Of a DNA stretch of 64,000 bases, positions 13,909-26,619 are shown piece after piece; position 1 is the first letter of the stretch, and every line of letters begins with the position of its first letter. Below the pieces are notes generated by a model, which did no database searches, was not told the DNA's origin, and saw only the letters and a list, made by a program, of their open reading frames with translations. Origin of the DNA: Cyanophora paradoxa CCMP329 (Eukaryota; Plantae; Glaucophyta). Made by a program: the position numbers and the translations under genes. The stretch spans positions 40,054 to 104,053 of the forward strand of contig QPMI01000578.1 in assembly GCA_004431415.1 (NCBI GenBank), written 5' to 3'.

Positions 13909-15478
13909 GTCGCCGTCCACCGCAAAAACCCGCCTACAAATTTGTTGGCTCTCTCTCTGCACTTCAAGGCCCAGGCTTAGGGCGTTTTATACGTGGACGG
14001 TGGACTTCAAAATCGCCCAGCGCCGCGGGCAGTACGCCGCAGGGCCTTTGTCCCGTTTGAGCTTTGAAAGCGCACTGCCGGGCGCGGGCGGCTGGCCTGG
14101 CTGCAGCTGCCGAAGTACGGCTGCAGTTAAACTCCGGATCGGATCGGCGGGGACAGCTCGCCTACGCCGTGACGGGCTGCTGGGCGCGCGCGCGCGTACG
14201 GCAGCGAGGGTAGTACTTCTCGGCGAACACCGCGCGTGAGGCGCGCGGGAGGGCGAAGCTAGTGCTGCGGCGACGGGTGCGCTGAGCTCGAAATCGGAAG
14301 CTGCGGCCGGCTGCGGCGACGGGCGCGCTGAGCTACCGTAGTACAGTCGGCGTGTCAGTCGCACATGAGCGAACTGTCTCAGTGTGCATGGTCACCATGG
14401 TGGCCGGCGCGCCGACTCGCCGCCGAGTCGCCGCCGACTCGGCGACTCGGAGGCGGCACGCCGCCGTGACACGACAGCTGCAGCCGCGCGCTCAGGAGCC
14501 TCAGGCCCCGGAGCGCGATGGGATTGAAATATATATTGTGGGCTCGAATCCGTCGGAGTCCAATATATGATATCTCCAGCCAGCCGTTAGCTAAATATTA
14601 ATATTAATAGGCCGTTGACTCACGCGAGCTCGACAATGGAGGATTTCAACTGGCCGCGAATTCACGATCACGTGCATGGTCGGATGATCATGATGGACCG
14701 GAGTCACCGCCGACGTCGACTCACCGGACCATTGTAAGTTACTAAGTTACTAAGCTTAAGTTACGTACTAGTACAGTAGTAGTACTACGGTTACTTAGTA
14801 CGGTATACTGTAAACTTTGAAACTTGGTCATGAAACGTACGTATACGAATATCCGCCCGCGTTTAAATTTGACTATATTCGACAGACCCTCGCGCTGGCG
14901 AATATTTGATGCTGGCGAATTGAGCCTTTGTATGGAAAAAGGGGTACGGGTGGCTGACCCGTCTATGGCGAGGGTCGCGGGGTGGCGAAATCAAGACGCT
15001 GGCGGACTCCGGGACTACTCGTAACTTGGTAACTTCTGACAGGATTTTCGGGTTTTGGCGAAATAAAGTGCTGGCGGATATTCGTACTCCGATTCGCGAT
15101 CGCGAGTCGCGAGTCTCGCGACTACTAGTACTGTAATTTCCGAGCATGCGCAGAATTTGCGTTTCGCCGCTTTAATTAAATTTCGCGCGCGGCGCTATAG
15201 CTAGCAACTGCAACTGTTATACTATGATAATTACTTGATCATCGGATCATGATTGTCCGACGGTCAGTGTCGATTAAATGAAAACAGCAGGTTATTTGTC
15301 TTCTAGATCTTCTTCTTCAAATTTAAAGCTTCAAGGCTTCGAATTCCGAGGCTTCCGACTCTTAAGAGCCTCGGAGTCTAAGTTCCGAGGACCGTCGGAC
15401 CGAAGTTCGTGCTCTTCAAGGCTTGTCTTCACTGAGTCAATTCGTTGGACCGCACGGTGACCGTCGGACACCCGGGCA

Positions 15479-15561
15479 GCGGCGGGCACCCTGCAGGCTG
15501 CAGCGGCAGTGCAGCCTGCAGGCTGCAGCCTGCAGCCTGCAGCCTGCAGGGTGCCCGCCGC
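15479..15561. repeat. Perfect 25-bp inverted repeat around a CTGCAG-rich microsatellite
   Basis: gcggcgggcaccctgcaggctgcag (15479-15503) is the exact reverse complement of 15537-15561. Confidence 0.85.
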
Positions 15562-15890
15562 AGCGGCGCCGCTGCCCGGCCCGGCCCGGCGGCCCGGCCG
15601 GCGGCCAGACTCTGAGAGTCTGCCAGGCCCAGAGACTGTGGCCGCACTGGCCGGTAACTCACAAAAAAAACACTTGATGGCAAATATGAATTGATAAGAA
15701 CCTCCGCGGCGAGTCCGGACTCCGGATCCGTGCCACGGTGCGAGGCTCTGCGGAGTTCCGAGCGTTAACTGACGTTTCGAAGTCAGACTCAGTGCGTCAA
15801 GGTAAGTTCGAGTTACGATGCCGTTTGAGCGCCGGTTCGCGACCAAGAGTCCCAAAAAAGCTCGTACGTATACCCGGGCCCCCCTACGTA

Positions 15891-15940
15891 TACTACCCCC
15901 ATACAAACGTTAACTTACTACCCCCATACAAACGTTAACT
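15891..15940. repeat. 25-bp tandem duplication
   Basis: tactacccccatacaaacgttaact occurs twice in tandem. Confidence 0.9.
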
Positions 15941-16394
15941 TAGCTATAGCTACCGGAGGATCGGATCGATATCCCGGCCCCCGGCCCGGAGCCTCGGGGT
16001 CCGGCCGCGGGGAGGACCACGCTCCAGTTGATCATGAGGCCCCTGCATGCATATATATGTGAGGCTGCATGATCATGATAAGTGAGCTCGAGCTCCATCA
16101 CCGGTACCGCGGCGCTAGGCCTATTCTTAGACTAGCAGACCGCGCCCGGCCCAGTGCAAGAGCAGCAAGTGCGGGCCGCGCGCGGAGGTGCAAGGGGGGG
16201 TACTTCTACACATTCCAGGGTACGGGGGGGGGGGGCAGAGAGCAAGGCAGGCGGGAGGGAGAGGCGGGCGGGGTGGCGAGGCGGGCGGGGGGGGTGGCCC
16301 AGTGGCGGGGCGGACGGATGGGGTGGCGAGGTGGGCGGCGGCAGCAGGCTGGCGGGCAGGCGAGGGCGGCGGCGGGCAGGAGAGCGGGAGGAAA

Positions 16395-16900
16395 GACAGG
16401 TGGGACCTGACCCTGCGCATAGCCTGCACATACGCAGAGCCGAGGCGTCAGCTCGCCCCAGACAGCGGCCGTGCGGGGGCGGGGCCCAGCGGCGGCGGCC
16501 GCGCGGCCGGGCCAGGTGCGGTAGCAGCGGCGGGGCGAACCCGGAGTCGACGAAGCTGAGGCAGCGGGGGGGGGGGGGGGGGGGGGGGGGGCGGGGGGGC
16601 GGCGGGCGAGGAAGCGGGCGGAGCGGCAGGTGGCGCCGGGCCCTGCGCATAGCCTGCGCAGAGCCCGGCGCGAGGCGTCAGCTCGCCCCGGAGAGCCTCG
16701 GCGCGGAGGCGAGGCCCAGCGGGGACGGCCGGGTAAGGTGCGCAGCAGCAGCGGCGGGGCGAACCTGGAGTCGACGAAGCTGAGGCAGCGGGCGGGGCGG
16801 AGGACGAGGAAGCGGGCGGAGCGGCAGGTGGCGCCGGGCCCTGCGCATAGCCTGCGAAGCTTAAGAGCCGAGGCGTCAGCTCGCCCCGGACAGCCGCGGC
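16395..16900. repeat. ~200-230 bp degenerate tandem repeat, about 2.5 copies
   Basis: ccctgcgcatagcctgc...gaggcgtcagctcgcccc at ~16411, ~16641 and ~16839; gcagcggcggggcgaacc.ggagtcgacgaagctgaggcagcggg occurs twice. Confidence 0.8.
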
Positions 16901-18889
16901 GCGGGGGCGGGGCCTAGCCCGGCGCTGCGTACTAGGAGCAGCTGCGAATACTGCGACGCCGCCACCCTCTGCTACGGGGCCAACGCGTACGGCGTGGCCC
17001 GAGCTCGAGGCCGCAGCCGGAGAAGTGGGCGCGCGAGGCTGAAAAGAAGATGCGCAAGAGGAGCTGTTCGACATGGCTTCTGTGCGCGCTCTGCTCGGGA
17101 TTGCCGGGCGGCATGCGAGCTCACCTTTCGTCCGAGCCGAGCTTGATTGCAGCCGGGCGGCGGGCGCGGGGCAGTCATGATCATCACTCGGCCAAGCGAC
17201 GCGCACCGGAAAGCGGCGTCGCGGGCGCCTTCTTCCTTCCTGCCGAGTGAAGTGCTTCCCGCAAGCGAGTGCATTTGCCGCCCGGATGGCAGCCGCGTGG
17301 GTCGGAGCAAGGTCGCGAGCTAGAGCAGAGCTGAACTTCGCTTGCTGCTAGGTTCAGAGGCAGCAGGGCTCCGCCGGACGGCGTCATGCGTGCTACGTTG
17401 TGGTACCCAAGACACGCGCCATTCCCCCCTGCAGCTGCTCGAGTCTCGATGCGCCTCCAACTCTCAGGAGCGCTTTTTTCCGGCGCCCGGTACAACAGGT
17501 ACTCGAGGCGGCCTAGCGCGCCGCGCGCCGCTCCCCGAGCCCGGGCATGTATGACAGAAGTCGGCCTTGGGGAAAGGAGAGGCCCTTAGGTCTGTGCGTA
17601 TCTTGTGGCAAACTTCAAATTGATTTTATAGACAAAATTTTTGGACCTAGGTACCCATTTTCGACCCTAGGGAGCACGATGGCGGCGCTACTTTTCAAAT
17701 GTGACACCTCTAACAAGCACTAACAGCACGTACGAACGAAATTGTTCGCGTGAAGCCCGATCGCCATTGGCCGAAAAGCTCAATCGCCCCATTCACGGAC
17801 AAGCGCAAATGTCATTGGCTTCCAGCTTGCTTCCCCTTCGCCGATGGAAATTGCAAAAAGCCTCTGTACCCGGCTGGTAGGCTGGAGTCACCGCGGCCTT
17901 GCACGTGACTGAGCCGCGCGCGTCACGCGTCGCTTCGCTCAGCTGAGAGTCACTGCGCATGCAGCTGATATCGATATACGCGTACGTATACGAGACCGCC
18001 ACGCGCGCGGCGCGCGCGGCGTGGCGCACCGTGGCGCCGGCACGAATCGCTGGCGCTAGCTAGACCAAGCTAGCTATAGAAGCTACGTATACTAGGGGGC
18101 GTAGTCCTCTCCGGGCTCAACAGCTGCAGCAGTATATATATATAATAACCGCGCGCGGTTGCGGGCCCCCGCGGCCGTACGCGTTTTAAAAACAAAGAGC
18201 GGCCACCCTCACGCCTTGAGTCCCCAAGACCCAAGGCCACTCCTGCTCCGCAGGGACTCGCTTGTTGTAGAGCGCATCGAGAGCATTCAGGAGCACGTGG
18301 TCCGGCGCATATAGCGATAGCAGGTGAGGAGCGAGCTCGACATGTTTGCGCAGCCCCGCCCCTGCATTTTTTTCCGCCGCTCGCAGCGGCTACGATGCGA
18401 TCACACCTATACGAGAGCGCATGCAAAGAATCTCATCTTACAAAAATTGCTAACACAGAAAGTACGCCGCACCAACTCACCAGGGGAGCAAGGGAGGGGG
18501 TACCCCCCCCTTGCAATGAATTCGCACACACCGAGACAAATGGCTAGAGATATAACTGAGGTGTCCATCTGTGTCAAGTCGAGAGATGAACCTACGGGAC
18601 TAAGCCTTTCGGACATCGGACCGGGCGGAGCTCGGTGGCGCTAGGCCTATAGCTAGGCCTAGGGGAACCTCGAACGCGAAATTAAAGGAAACGTCGACGT
18701 CAACGTTAACGTACGCGTAAGAACAATTCGTATTCTTCAAAAAAGGCTTCGCTTTTGCAAGCTTCAGGGGGATACTGCTACATGCATATGAACATCGCGA
18801 TCGAATCGTTGTGAGCTAGAAGAGTATGCATACGTACATGTACCTAGCCTGTACATGTCGTGCAAATATTCTAGTGATCATGATCGATA

Positions 18890-21448
18890 TCAGCCCCACT
18901 GCCGCTCGGGGTACGGGGGTCCCATGGCCAATGTGGAAAGCTGAGAGTCGGGGTACAACCCAAAGGCTTGGCCGTGCGGGGGCGAGAGCGGCGGCACGAA
19001 AGAGGGGGAGAAAAGCAGGGCCTCGTCCAGGGTAGGGATAGCCGGGGGGTGCGGGGGTAGGGGATCTTGGGAGGGGAGCTCGAGGGGGCCGCCAGGCGCC
19101 GCGGCCGGCTGCATCCCCAGAGGCGCGCCCGGGGGGGCGAAAGCACTGTCCGGAGCAGACGTGGGCCACGGCTGGCCATGGCTCGGATGGAGTGTACCCC
19201 CGAGCGGCTCCGGGGGCGGAATGGGAGCGTCCGCGCTCGCCCCGACGGGGGGGTACAGCCTGTACATCCCCGGGGGGGGAGCGGCGGCGCCCGGGCCCGG
19301 GCCGACCACGTCGAGAGAGTGCATCCCCTGCAGCGGCGACTGGAAGAAGTGCGAAAGCTGCGGGGTACGGCGTCAGCCAGAAAAAAAGCGTAAGAGGGGC
19401 GGGGTTACGGCGCGCCTCGCGCGTGACAGCCTCGCGGATCAAATCGCGGAGCACATCGGGGGGTACGCCGGCCCCGGGGGGCGCCGGGGCGGGGGCGGGA
19501 GCGGCGGCGGGGCCGCGGGGCTGGGCGGGGGCGGGCACGGACGGGCCCGGACCCTCCGCCGTCCTCTTGCGCGGGGCGGGAGCCGCGGGCGGGGCAGAGC
19601 CCCGTGGGCGGGCGGAAGGGGGCGGAGGGGAGGGCGCCGCGGTCGACGGGGTTGGCGATTGCACCGGAGGCGGCGCCGGGATTGGGGCAGATGGCTCCGG
19701 GCTATGGGTGGGGTTTGCGGGCGGAGGGGAGCTGTTCTTAGGGGAGCCCACGGCCAGGGGGGGACGGCGCGTCCATGACGTCGAATCGGTACCCCACTAC
19801 GCGGTCCTGCGATCGGCGGGCGCATCAGCGTACCCCGGATGCCGGAGGAAGGGGGTAAGGGCGCGCACCTGGAGCTCGGGGAGGAATTTGTCTATCCAGG
19901 CGACCCGGCCCGCGACCTGTACCCCGGCGCAGTGGCCGGCCGCGTCGGGCGGGCGGCGCGTCTTCAACACGATGCTCGGCGGGGGCCGCAGGCGGACACC
20001 TGTTCAGGCCGCAGGGTCCGCAGTGAGAATGGCTCGAAAGTGTGGGTGAACCTGCGCCGGTTCGATTCGGCACGGGGTACGGGGTACGGTTCGCGGGGTA
20101 CGGGGTACGGGGGGTACCACGCGTCGTCCGCCTCCACCTCTGCCGCTATGACCTGCCCCCAGGGGGGTGAGATGCAGGGATGGGGAGAAGAGAAACGGGG
20201 GGAAAGGAAGAGAAACGGGGGGGGAGGGGGGGGGGGGGAAGGGGGGGAGGGGAAGGGCGCACCGCCGCCTCCTGGAGGAGAACTGAGGGGGGTACGGTTA
20301 ATAGAGAACGTGCGCGGCTTTCGGGGAACGGGCGCCGCACGGCGCAGCCTCCGTCGCCGGTCGATCAGCTGCGCCGCCGTTGGGGGCGGCGGGCGCGACG
20401 AGACGGTGCGCGTGGGGGTGGGGAGTACTCGCACCTGCTTGTAGCGCTCCCGGTGGGTACTGAAGAAGTTTCTCAGCTCCGCTATTTGCTCGGGCGTCGC
20501 CCTATTCTGTCCGGGGGTCGTCGCCGTGCTGGGGGGCGGGGGGAGGGGCGGGGGGTACGCCGCGCCTTATCGCCCGGCTTGCCCCATATGTGGTAGATCT
20601 CTTTCAGAAGGGGGTCCTCGGGTTCAGCTGCGGCCGGGGATCGAGCCTGGGTACTGGGTTTTTAGCGATCGGGGCGGCGCACGGAGACCCGGGGCTGTTA
20701 TGTCGAGCCACGTGAGCATACCCTGGCTTAGAGTTAGGGGGGCGTGGCGGAGGGGGGGTACGGGCGGCGCGCACCCAGACGCGTATCTCTGAGTAGGCTA
20801 GCGCGGGGCACGTGTGCTTGATGTCCTTGATCAGCTCTGCGCTCGCTCGGCCTCGCCGCGTCAGCGCCGCGACGCGCCAGGTAGACGGGTACACGCACGC
20901 GTCGCCATTGCAGCCGCGTACTTGGGCACTGCCCGCGGTCGTTCAGCGGCGGCGCCGGCGCCGGCGCCGGCGGGGCGCCAGCCCCGCGACGCACTGGAGA
21001 GGGCGCGCTGGAGGTTGGGCAGGAGCGCGCCAGGGACGCTCTGCTTGAGGTTCTCCACGGCCGCTTTCTGCGGGGCGACCGTCAGACTTCTCGTTAAGCG
21101 TTCGGGCCGAGCGCGGCGCAGCGCGCGGCGCGCGGCGCTGGCACCGCGGCAGCGTTGACGTCGCTCATCACCGCCGGGACGTTGATGCTCGTGCTAGCGA
21201 GTCTCTTCCTCAGAGTCTCCATTTCCTAAGCCCGGGCGGGGCTCTGTGGTGCGATCCTGGGGAGCGCGGCGACGGGCGGGCGAGCGCACCTCCTTCAGCT
21301 TGGTGTTCTCCACCGCCAGCGCCCGCTCTTGCTCCTTCTTGCGCTCTCGGAAGCGACGTGACGCTTCCCGGTTGCGCTCCCGATGCTGCGGCCGCGCTTC
21401 ATCATCTGGCTGGCCATTGCCCGTATCCGAATCCGTCGTGTCGCGCAT
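18890..21448 (-). CDS. bZIP-like transcription factor, paralogue B (multi-exon)
   Basis: MRDTTDSD..RERNREASRRFRERKKEQERALAVENTKLKE / EMETLRKRLAS; KAAVENLKQSVPGALLPNLQRAL; AAEVEADDAWY; DVLRDLIREAVTRE/LSHFF. All are collinear with paralogue A. Confidence 0.7.
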
Positions 21449-22032
21449 GGCTGCAGCCCCCTGGACCGGAGGCGGTAGGATCGAGGATCAGATCGGCGAC
21501 TCGGGCCACTCGGCGACCCGCCGCTGCGCCGCCTGAAATCGGATAAGATCGGCGACTCGCCGCGGCCGATTGTGGGCGCGGGCCGGGGCGATCGCCGCCG
21601 TCCAGCGCGGATTCTGTAGCTACAGCTGCCTGCTCGGGCCGCTAAGCGCGCCCTTGGTTGCTTCGCAAAAGCACGAACAACGTCCGTATACCCCCTCACG
21701 CGGGAGGGGGGGGGGGGTGCGGAATCGAAGGGTCGCCGCGCCGCCGCCGCTGCCAGCGCGTCGGCGGCGTAGCGCGTACACTCATACGTACGTACGAATA
21801 GCGCATCGCCTGCCCAGTGGCGAGCTGCTCCGCGGCAGCGCTACTCACTAGTACTGATCATGAGTACTAGCATGCGCGCAGCTGCATGCCGCAGTGCAGC
21901 TAGCCTGCGGGCAGGCGTCGCGGCCGGCCCTGCGGCGCACGCCGCCGGTCCCCGAGCTCGAGGCAGAGGCCCGGATTCGTATACGCTGCAGCTGCAGGCC
22001 GCCGGCCGCCGGCCGCTGTAGCTCTCGATTAA

Positions 22033-25000
22033 TTACGAATACGACGTCGACAACGTGCACTTCAGACGGGCGCAAGTATACTCCAAGCATGATATTAAGT
22101 TTATATTAATGAAAGTACTATCATGATCAGTTGCAAGCGCCGGCCGCGGGGGCGCCGGCCGCGGGGCGCCGGCCGCGGGGGCGCCGGCGGCAGCCGCAGC
22201 GGGCGTGCTCCCCGCAGCTGCGGCGGGGCTCCCCTCTTTCGGGGCAGCGGAGAGGGGAAGCAACTCGCGCAGCTCCGTGTTCTGGATCGGGTCTGCCCGC
22301 GTCCCTTTTATGCCCGGCAGGGTGGCGCGGGGGGGGGGGGTACGGCAGTGCGCACCGTAGACGGAGTGCTGGACGCAGGCGGGTACGACGCGCCCGGCGC
22401 GGGGCTGGCCCGCCCCGCGGGGTCAGGGTACGGTGCGAGGAGGCGGAGGTGGAGGTGGAGGCGGAGGCGGAGGCGGAGGCGCGGGCCGGGGCGCTCTTTT
22501 CGGGTCTCCAGTCGGTCCCCAGGCTCTACATCTATCTCTCTTCGATGAAGTAAAAGAATTCGAGGCTCTGCTTTCATTCCAGTCGAACTTCGAGCTCGTG
22601 CTAGATGCTCGGAGAAGCTCTAGATGCATTTAAATTCTAGTCGGGTTCTTTAGTCTCGCCGCGAGTCGCCCGGGCCCTAGATCTGCTTCTCTTCGCGATC
22701 GAAGAAAAAGGAGCGGCTCCGAGCTCACCCGGGCCATTCCCGTAGGAGAGATAGCCTGAGGTGGCTTAGGTTTGGCGGAAGAGTTAAGTTCAGAGTTAAG
22801 AGTTAAGAGTTAGGAGTTAAGAAGTTAAGAAGAGTTAAGACTCTGCTTGCACTGGGTGTCCTCTATCAACTCTAACGCCACGCCCAAGCCACCTCAGGCT
22901 ACTGCCCCGGGCTCACCTGAGCCATCCCGTAGGAGCAGGCCTCGAGCCGCTCCTGCACCTCCCGCGTCCTACCCCCGCCCCCGCCCCCGCCCGGGTCAGA
23001 GGCGTCGTGGAGGGAAGGAAGGCCCCCGCCCTCGGCCGGGCCGAGGGGCTTGGAGCGCTCAGATCTGATCTGATCCGAGTGCCGGGGGCCGGGGGCCTCG
23101 ATCGAGTCTAAGGGGTCCGCCTCGAGCTCGGGCCCTCCTTCAGGGGCCCGCCAGCCGTCTCCCGGACTAAGCTGCAGGGGCCGGGCCGGGCGGACCGGGC
23201 GGATTCGGGGTCGGATCCCGCCGGGGCCGTTTCGCCCCGCTGGATGCGGGCCCACGCCCCCTGGACGTCACGCGCGTCCATGAACCTGGGTACCGGATCC
23301 GAGATTCGAACTCGAAAATTCGAATTTGAAATTGAAAATTGAATCAGGAATGGGGTACCGGTGCATGACTATGGTGAGGGGGCGGGCGCCGCGGAGGAGG
23401 GCGGTGGGGCCCCCCGCCCGCCGAAGGAAGCGTCCCACCTGGCGCCACGCCTCGTACCCCGCCAAAAAAAGATAGACAGCCGAAGAGAATATCGCGTACC
23501 CAAGCGAGCCCTATCGGTATCGTCCGCGGATCCGCGAGCGCAGCCCGCGCGATCTGGTAGAAGCGGCGCGTCACGATTCGACCCAGAAAAAAGAGCGGGG
23601 TACCGACCTTGATGGCCAGCACCCATGCGGGGGCTACCACATTACCCATCGCCGTGAAAAACGCGTCACGTGCCTGCGGGGGGTGCATGCAGGCTCGTTG
23701 CAATCCGGGGGGAGAAGAGGCAGGGGTACACACCTTGAGGTCTTCCTCGCACAGGTCGTCCATGAGGGGTACTGGCAGCGGGGCCCGAGGCTCGTTAGGG
23801 GCGGGCGGGCGGCGCGGCTCGGCAGGGCCGGCGAGACAGCTCGGGACTAGAAGCGCTAGACGCGAGGGAGAGGTGTACAGGGGCGCGGCGGCCTGCGAAC
23901 CGCGCGGGATCTAGTAGGGGCGGCAAGGGTCGGGGGCGACGAGGAAGAGGGCGGATCGAATGCCAATGCGGCTTTAGCTCGATCTTAAGCTCAGGGGGGC
24001 CTTAGATCTCGATCTTACGGTAGAGGGGTGGGGTCTTAGATCTCGATCTCAAGCTCAGAGGCGTGGGTCTCTAGCTCGATCTTAAGCTCCGGGCGCGTCG
24101 AAAGGGGCGGCTGCGCACCGTAGCGGCCCCCGACGAGGAGGCCCCAGCACGTCCGGTTGCACCGCGCGTCCCCTGCCGAGAAAAGTGGGGGGGGGAGGGA
24201 GGGGGGGGCGGGCTGATGGAGGGGCGCGGCGCACGCGCAGCGATCACGAGGGCTAGAGGAGGCTCGATCTAGAGACTAGAGGGGGAAGGGGGAGGAGGAG
24301 AGTGGCGGCGTCGATCGATCGCGAGCTGCAGGAGGGGCGCTGCGCGTGCGTGCGTGCGCGTACCCATCACGAAGGCTCGGTAGGGGAGGCGGCACCCCAA
24401 CCCCTCCTCGATCCGCCGCCTTGCCGGGCGGAATGAGGGGGGGGGGGGATTGGGAGGGGGTACGCCGGGCACCAGACGGGATCGCCGTCGCCGTCGTCCA
24501 GCGACTCGAAATCCGCTGCGGCGAAAGAGTCGAGGGGACGAACACGAGCGGGGGGTACGCGGCGCGGCCGCACCAGGCCGGCCCTTCTCCCCGGGGCCCC
24601 ATCGCCTCTCGTCGCCCACGTACGCCTGCGGGGCCGGGGACGTTCACACGGGGTACAGGAATTCGAGGCGAACGTGGGGGGGGTACCGCCGGCTGGAAGG
24701 AGAGCATGCGCCAGCCTCCCATCTCGACGCAAGCGCGAACCACCTCCGGGATTTGATCCACGTTCCCAGGCGACACTGCGCGCCCGACCGGCCGCTCGCT
24801 CGGGCCCCGAACCCTTCCGGAAGGGGCGCGGCGAAGCTTCAAAAGCGTACCCGTCATGTTGTGCGCGAGGTAGGAGCGTACCCCGAGCTCGCGGCGCAGC
24901 CGCTCGAACATGGCGACCAGTCTGCGCCACGTGAGGGGGTACTGTGGCGCGGGCGGGAGGGCGCGGGGGCGCGCCGGCGGCGGTAGGGGTGCAGGTCGGC

Positions 25001-26619
25001 CTCCGACGTCGGCCGCTCGACTCCCCGCCGGCCGTACCTGTGGGGTGGGGCGGCCGGGACGGACGGGACCTCAGCGGGGCCCGGGAAGAAGGGGAGGGGG
25101 GTACGCGCATGAACATGTCAAAGTGGCAAGCGAACGAGAGGACGTCGAAGCGCCCCCGGCCCGTCTCCGGCTGGGGAACGCGATTTCAGGTGCGCGCTAA
25201 GTTCCGGGGGGGGGGTACGCACGTCGCGGGCGAGGTCGCGGAGGTACTCCCACCCAAAGTCGCCGTGCGTGAAGGACATGGGCAGGCGGCCCGCCTCCCG
25301 CATCGCCTGGGTACGAGGATTCTCTCGATCAGGGGTGAGGGGGGTACGAGGGCGCGGGGGGGTACCAGGAGGGCCTGAGCGTGGTCCTCCGCATCCAGGA
25401 GGGTGACCTGCAGGGGGACGTGGGCGGCGGGGACGGGAAGGGGGGGTACACCCCCATTCGCCTCCGCTCGCCCCGCCCCGCGCACCTCGCCGCCAATCAG
25501 CTGCGTGTAGCCCACAGGCCTGCGTGCCGAGCCGTAAGCGGAGGGCCGCGAAACGGGATCCGGTGGGATCCGAACCCGCGCTCGCGCTGTAGGAACTCCA
25601 TCTGCCTTCGGATTTCCTCGAGCGTGTGGGTCCCGTCGGTCCTTACCTAGTGGTACGCATTTCATTTCGTGGGGGGAGGGGGGGCGAGGCGGGGTACTGC
25701 GCACGTGATTCGCGTCCGCGGTGTGGTAGCAGGGCTGGCGAGCGACGTCAGGTTTGCGCGGGGGAACGAGAAGGGGGGTACGCGCCTTGCAGGCGAAGTT
25801 GCAGCGGGGGAAGACACCCTGGGTACCCTCGCAGCCGCTGGAGATGCGCCCCAGCATCTGGGCCTCGTGACGCGCTGCGGGGGCTCTGAGGTGAGGAAGG
25901 GGCGCGGGAGGGGGTACGGCGCGCGCGCGCACCGCCCTCGGGTAAAGACTCCCAGCGCTTGCGGAGGAAGGCCTCTGTGTCCGGGTCCTTCGGGCGCGTG
26001 CGCCGCTCCAGGCGCCTCAGAGCGTCCAGGAGTCCCCCCGCACCGCCGCGCCGCTCGGCCGGAGCACTGGCTATGGCGCTTCCAAGTCCAGGGGCGAGAC
26101 GAGTTCGATCACACGCGCACGTGAGGAGGCGCGCGCCAGCTAGGCCAGGGGGCGGGCTGGGCGTACCGCGTCGTGATTGGGCCGAGCGGGGCAGCCTCTT
26201 CGATGCGGCGCGCATTCCGGGGGCGTCTGATCTGCTGCGATTCGGCGCCATGGAACGAGCTCCGCCGCAGCTGCCCTCCGCGCCTCGAGGGCCTGTGCGT
26301 AGGGCGGCAGACGTCACGACGGTCGCCAGCGCGTGCGTGGAAGCGTTCGCAGCTCGACTGGCCAAGGCGAGCGCAGCTGGCGGAATCCATGCCGGGCACC
26401 GCTAGCGGCAGCTAGCACGATGCTGCTAGCTAAAGGATCACGCGGTTCGCAGCCTATATGCATGGTTGCGCACGAGTTCTGGGCGCACGGATCACCGCAC
26501 CTGTCGAATGACGCGACGTGACGGCTGCTGCAAGAACTTGAGTTTGCATCCGCCGCTGACTGCAGGGCACGAGGGATCGCCGCCGGGGCAGCCACCGCCA
26601 GGAAGGCCGGCCCAGCCAT
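22033..26619 (-). CDS. Radical SAM domain protein of bacterial type, multi-exon, with predicted N-terminal plastid transit peptide
   Basis: The CxxxCxxC motif (CNFACK|PC) is joined across a GC-AG intron. Other exons: QMLGRISSGCEGTQGVFPR, QLIGGE/VTLLDAEDHAQAL, GRLPMSFTHGDF, LSFACHFDMFM, RSYLAHNMT, WRMLSFQPA, ERLEACSYGMAQ/PRAGRVVPACVQHSVY/DPIQNTELRELLP. N-terminus MAGPAFLAVAAP...RRSSFHG. Confidence 0.8.
22752..22901. mobile_element. MITE-like ~150-bp insertion in an intron of the radical SAM gene
   Basis: ~34-bp imperfect terminal inverted repeats (tagcctgaggtggctt... / ...aagccacctcaggcta) enclose an (agttaag)n array. Confidence 0.45.
23970..24090. repeat. Short degenerate tandem array (~33 bp, about 4 copies) in an intron
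   Basis: The motif tag(a/c)tc(t)cgatct(t/c)aagctc recurs four times. Confidence 0.6.
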
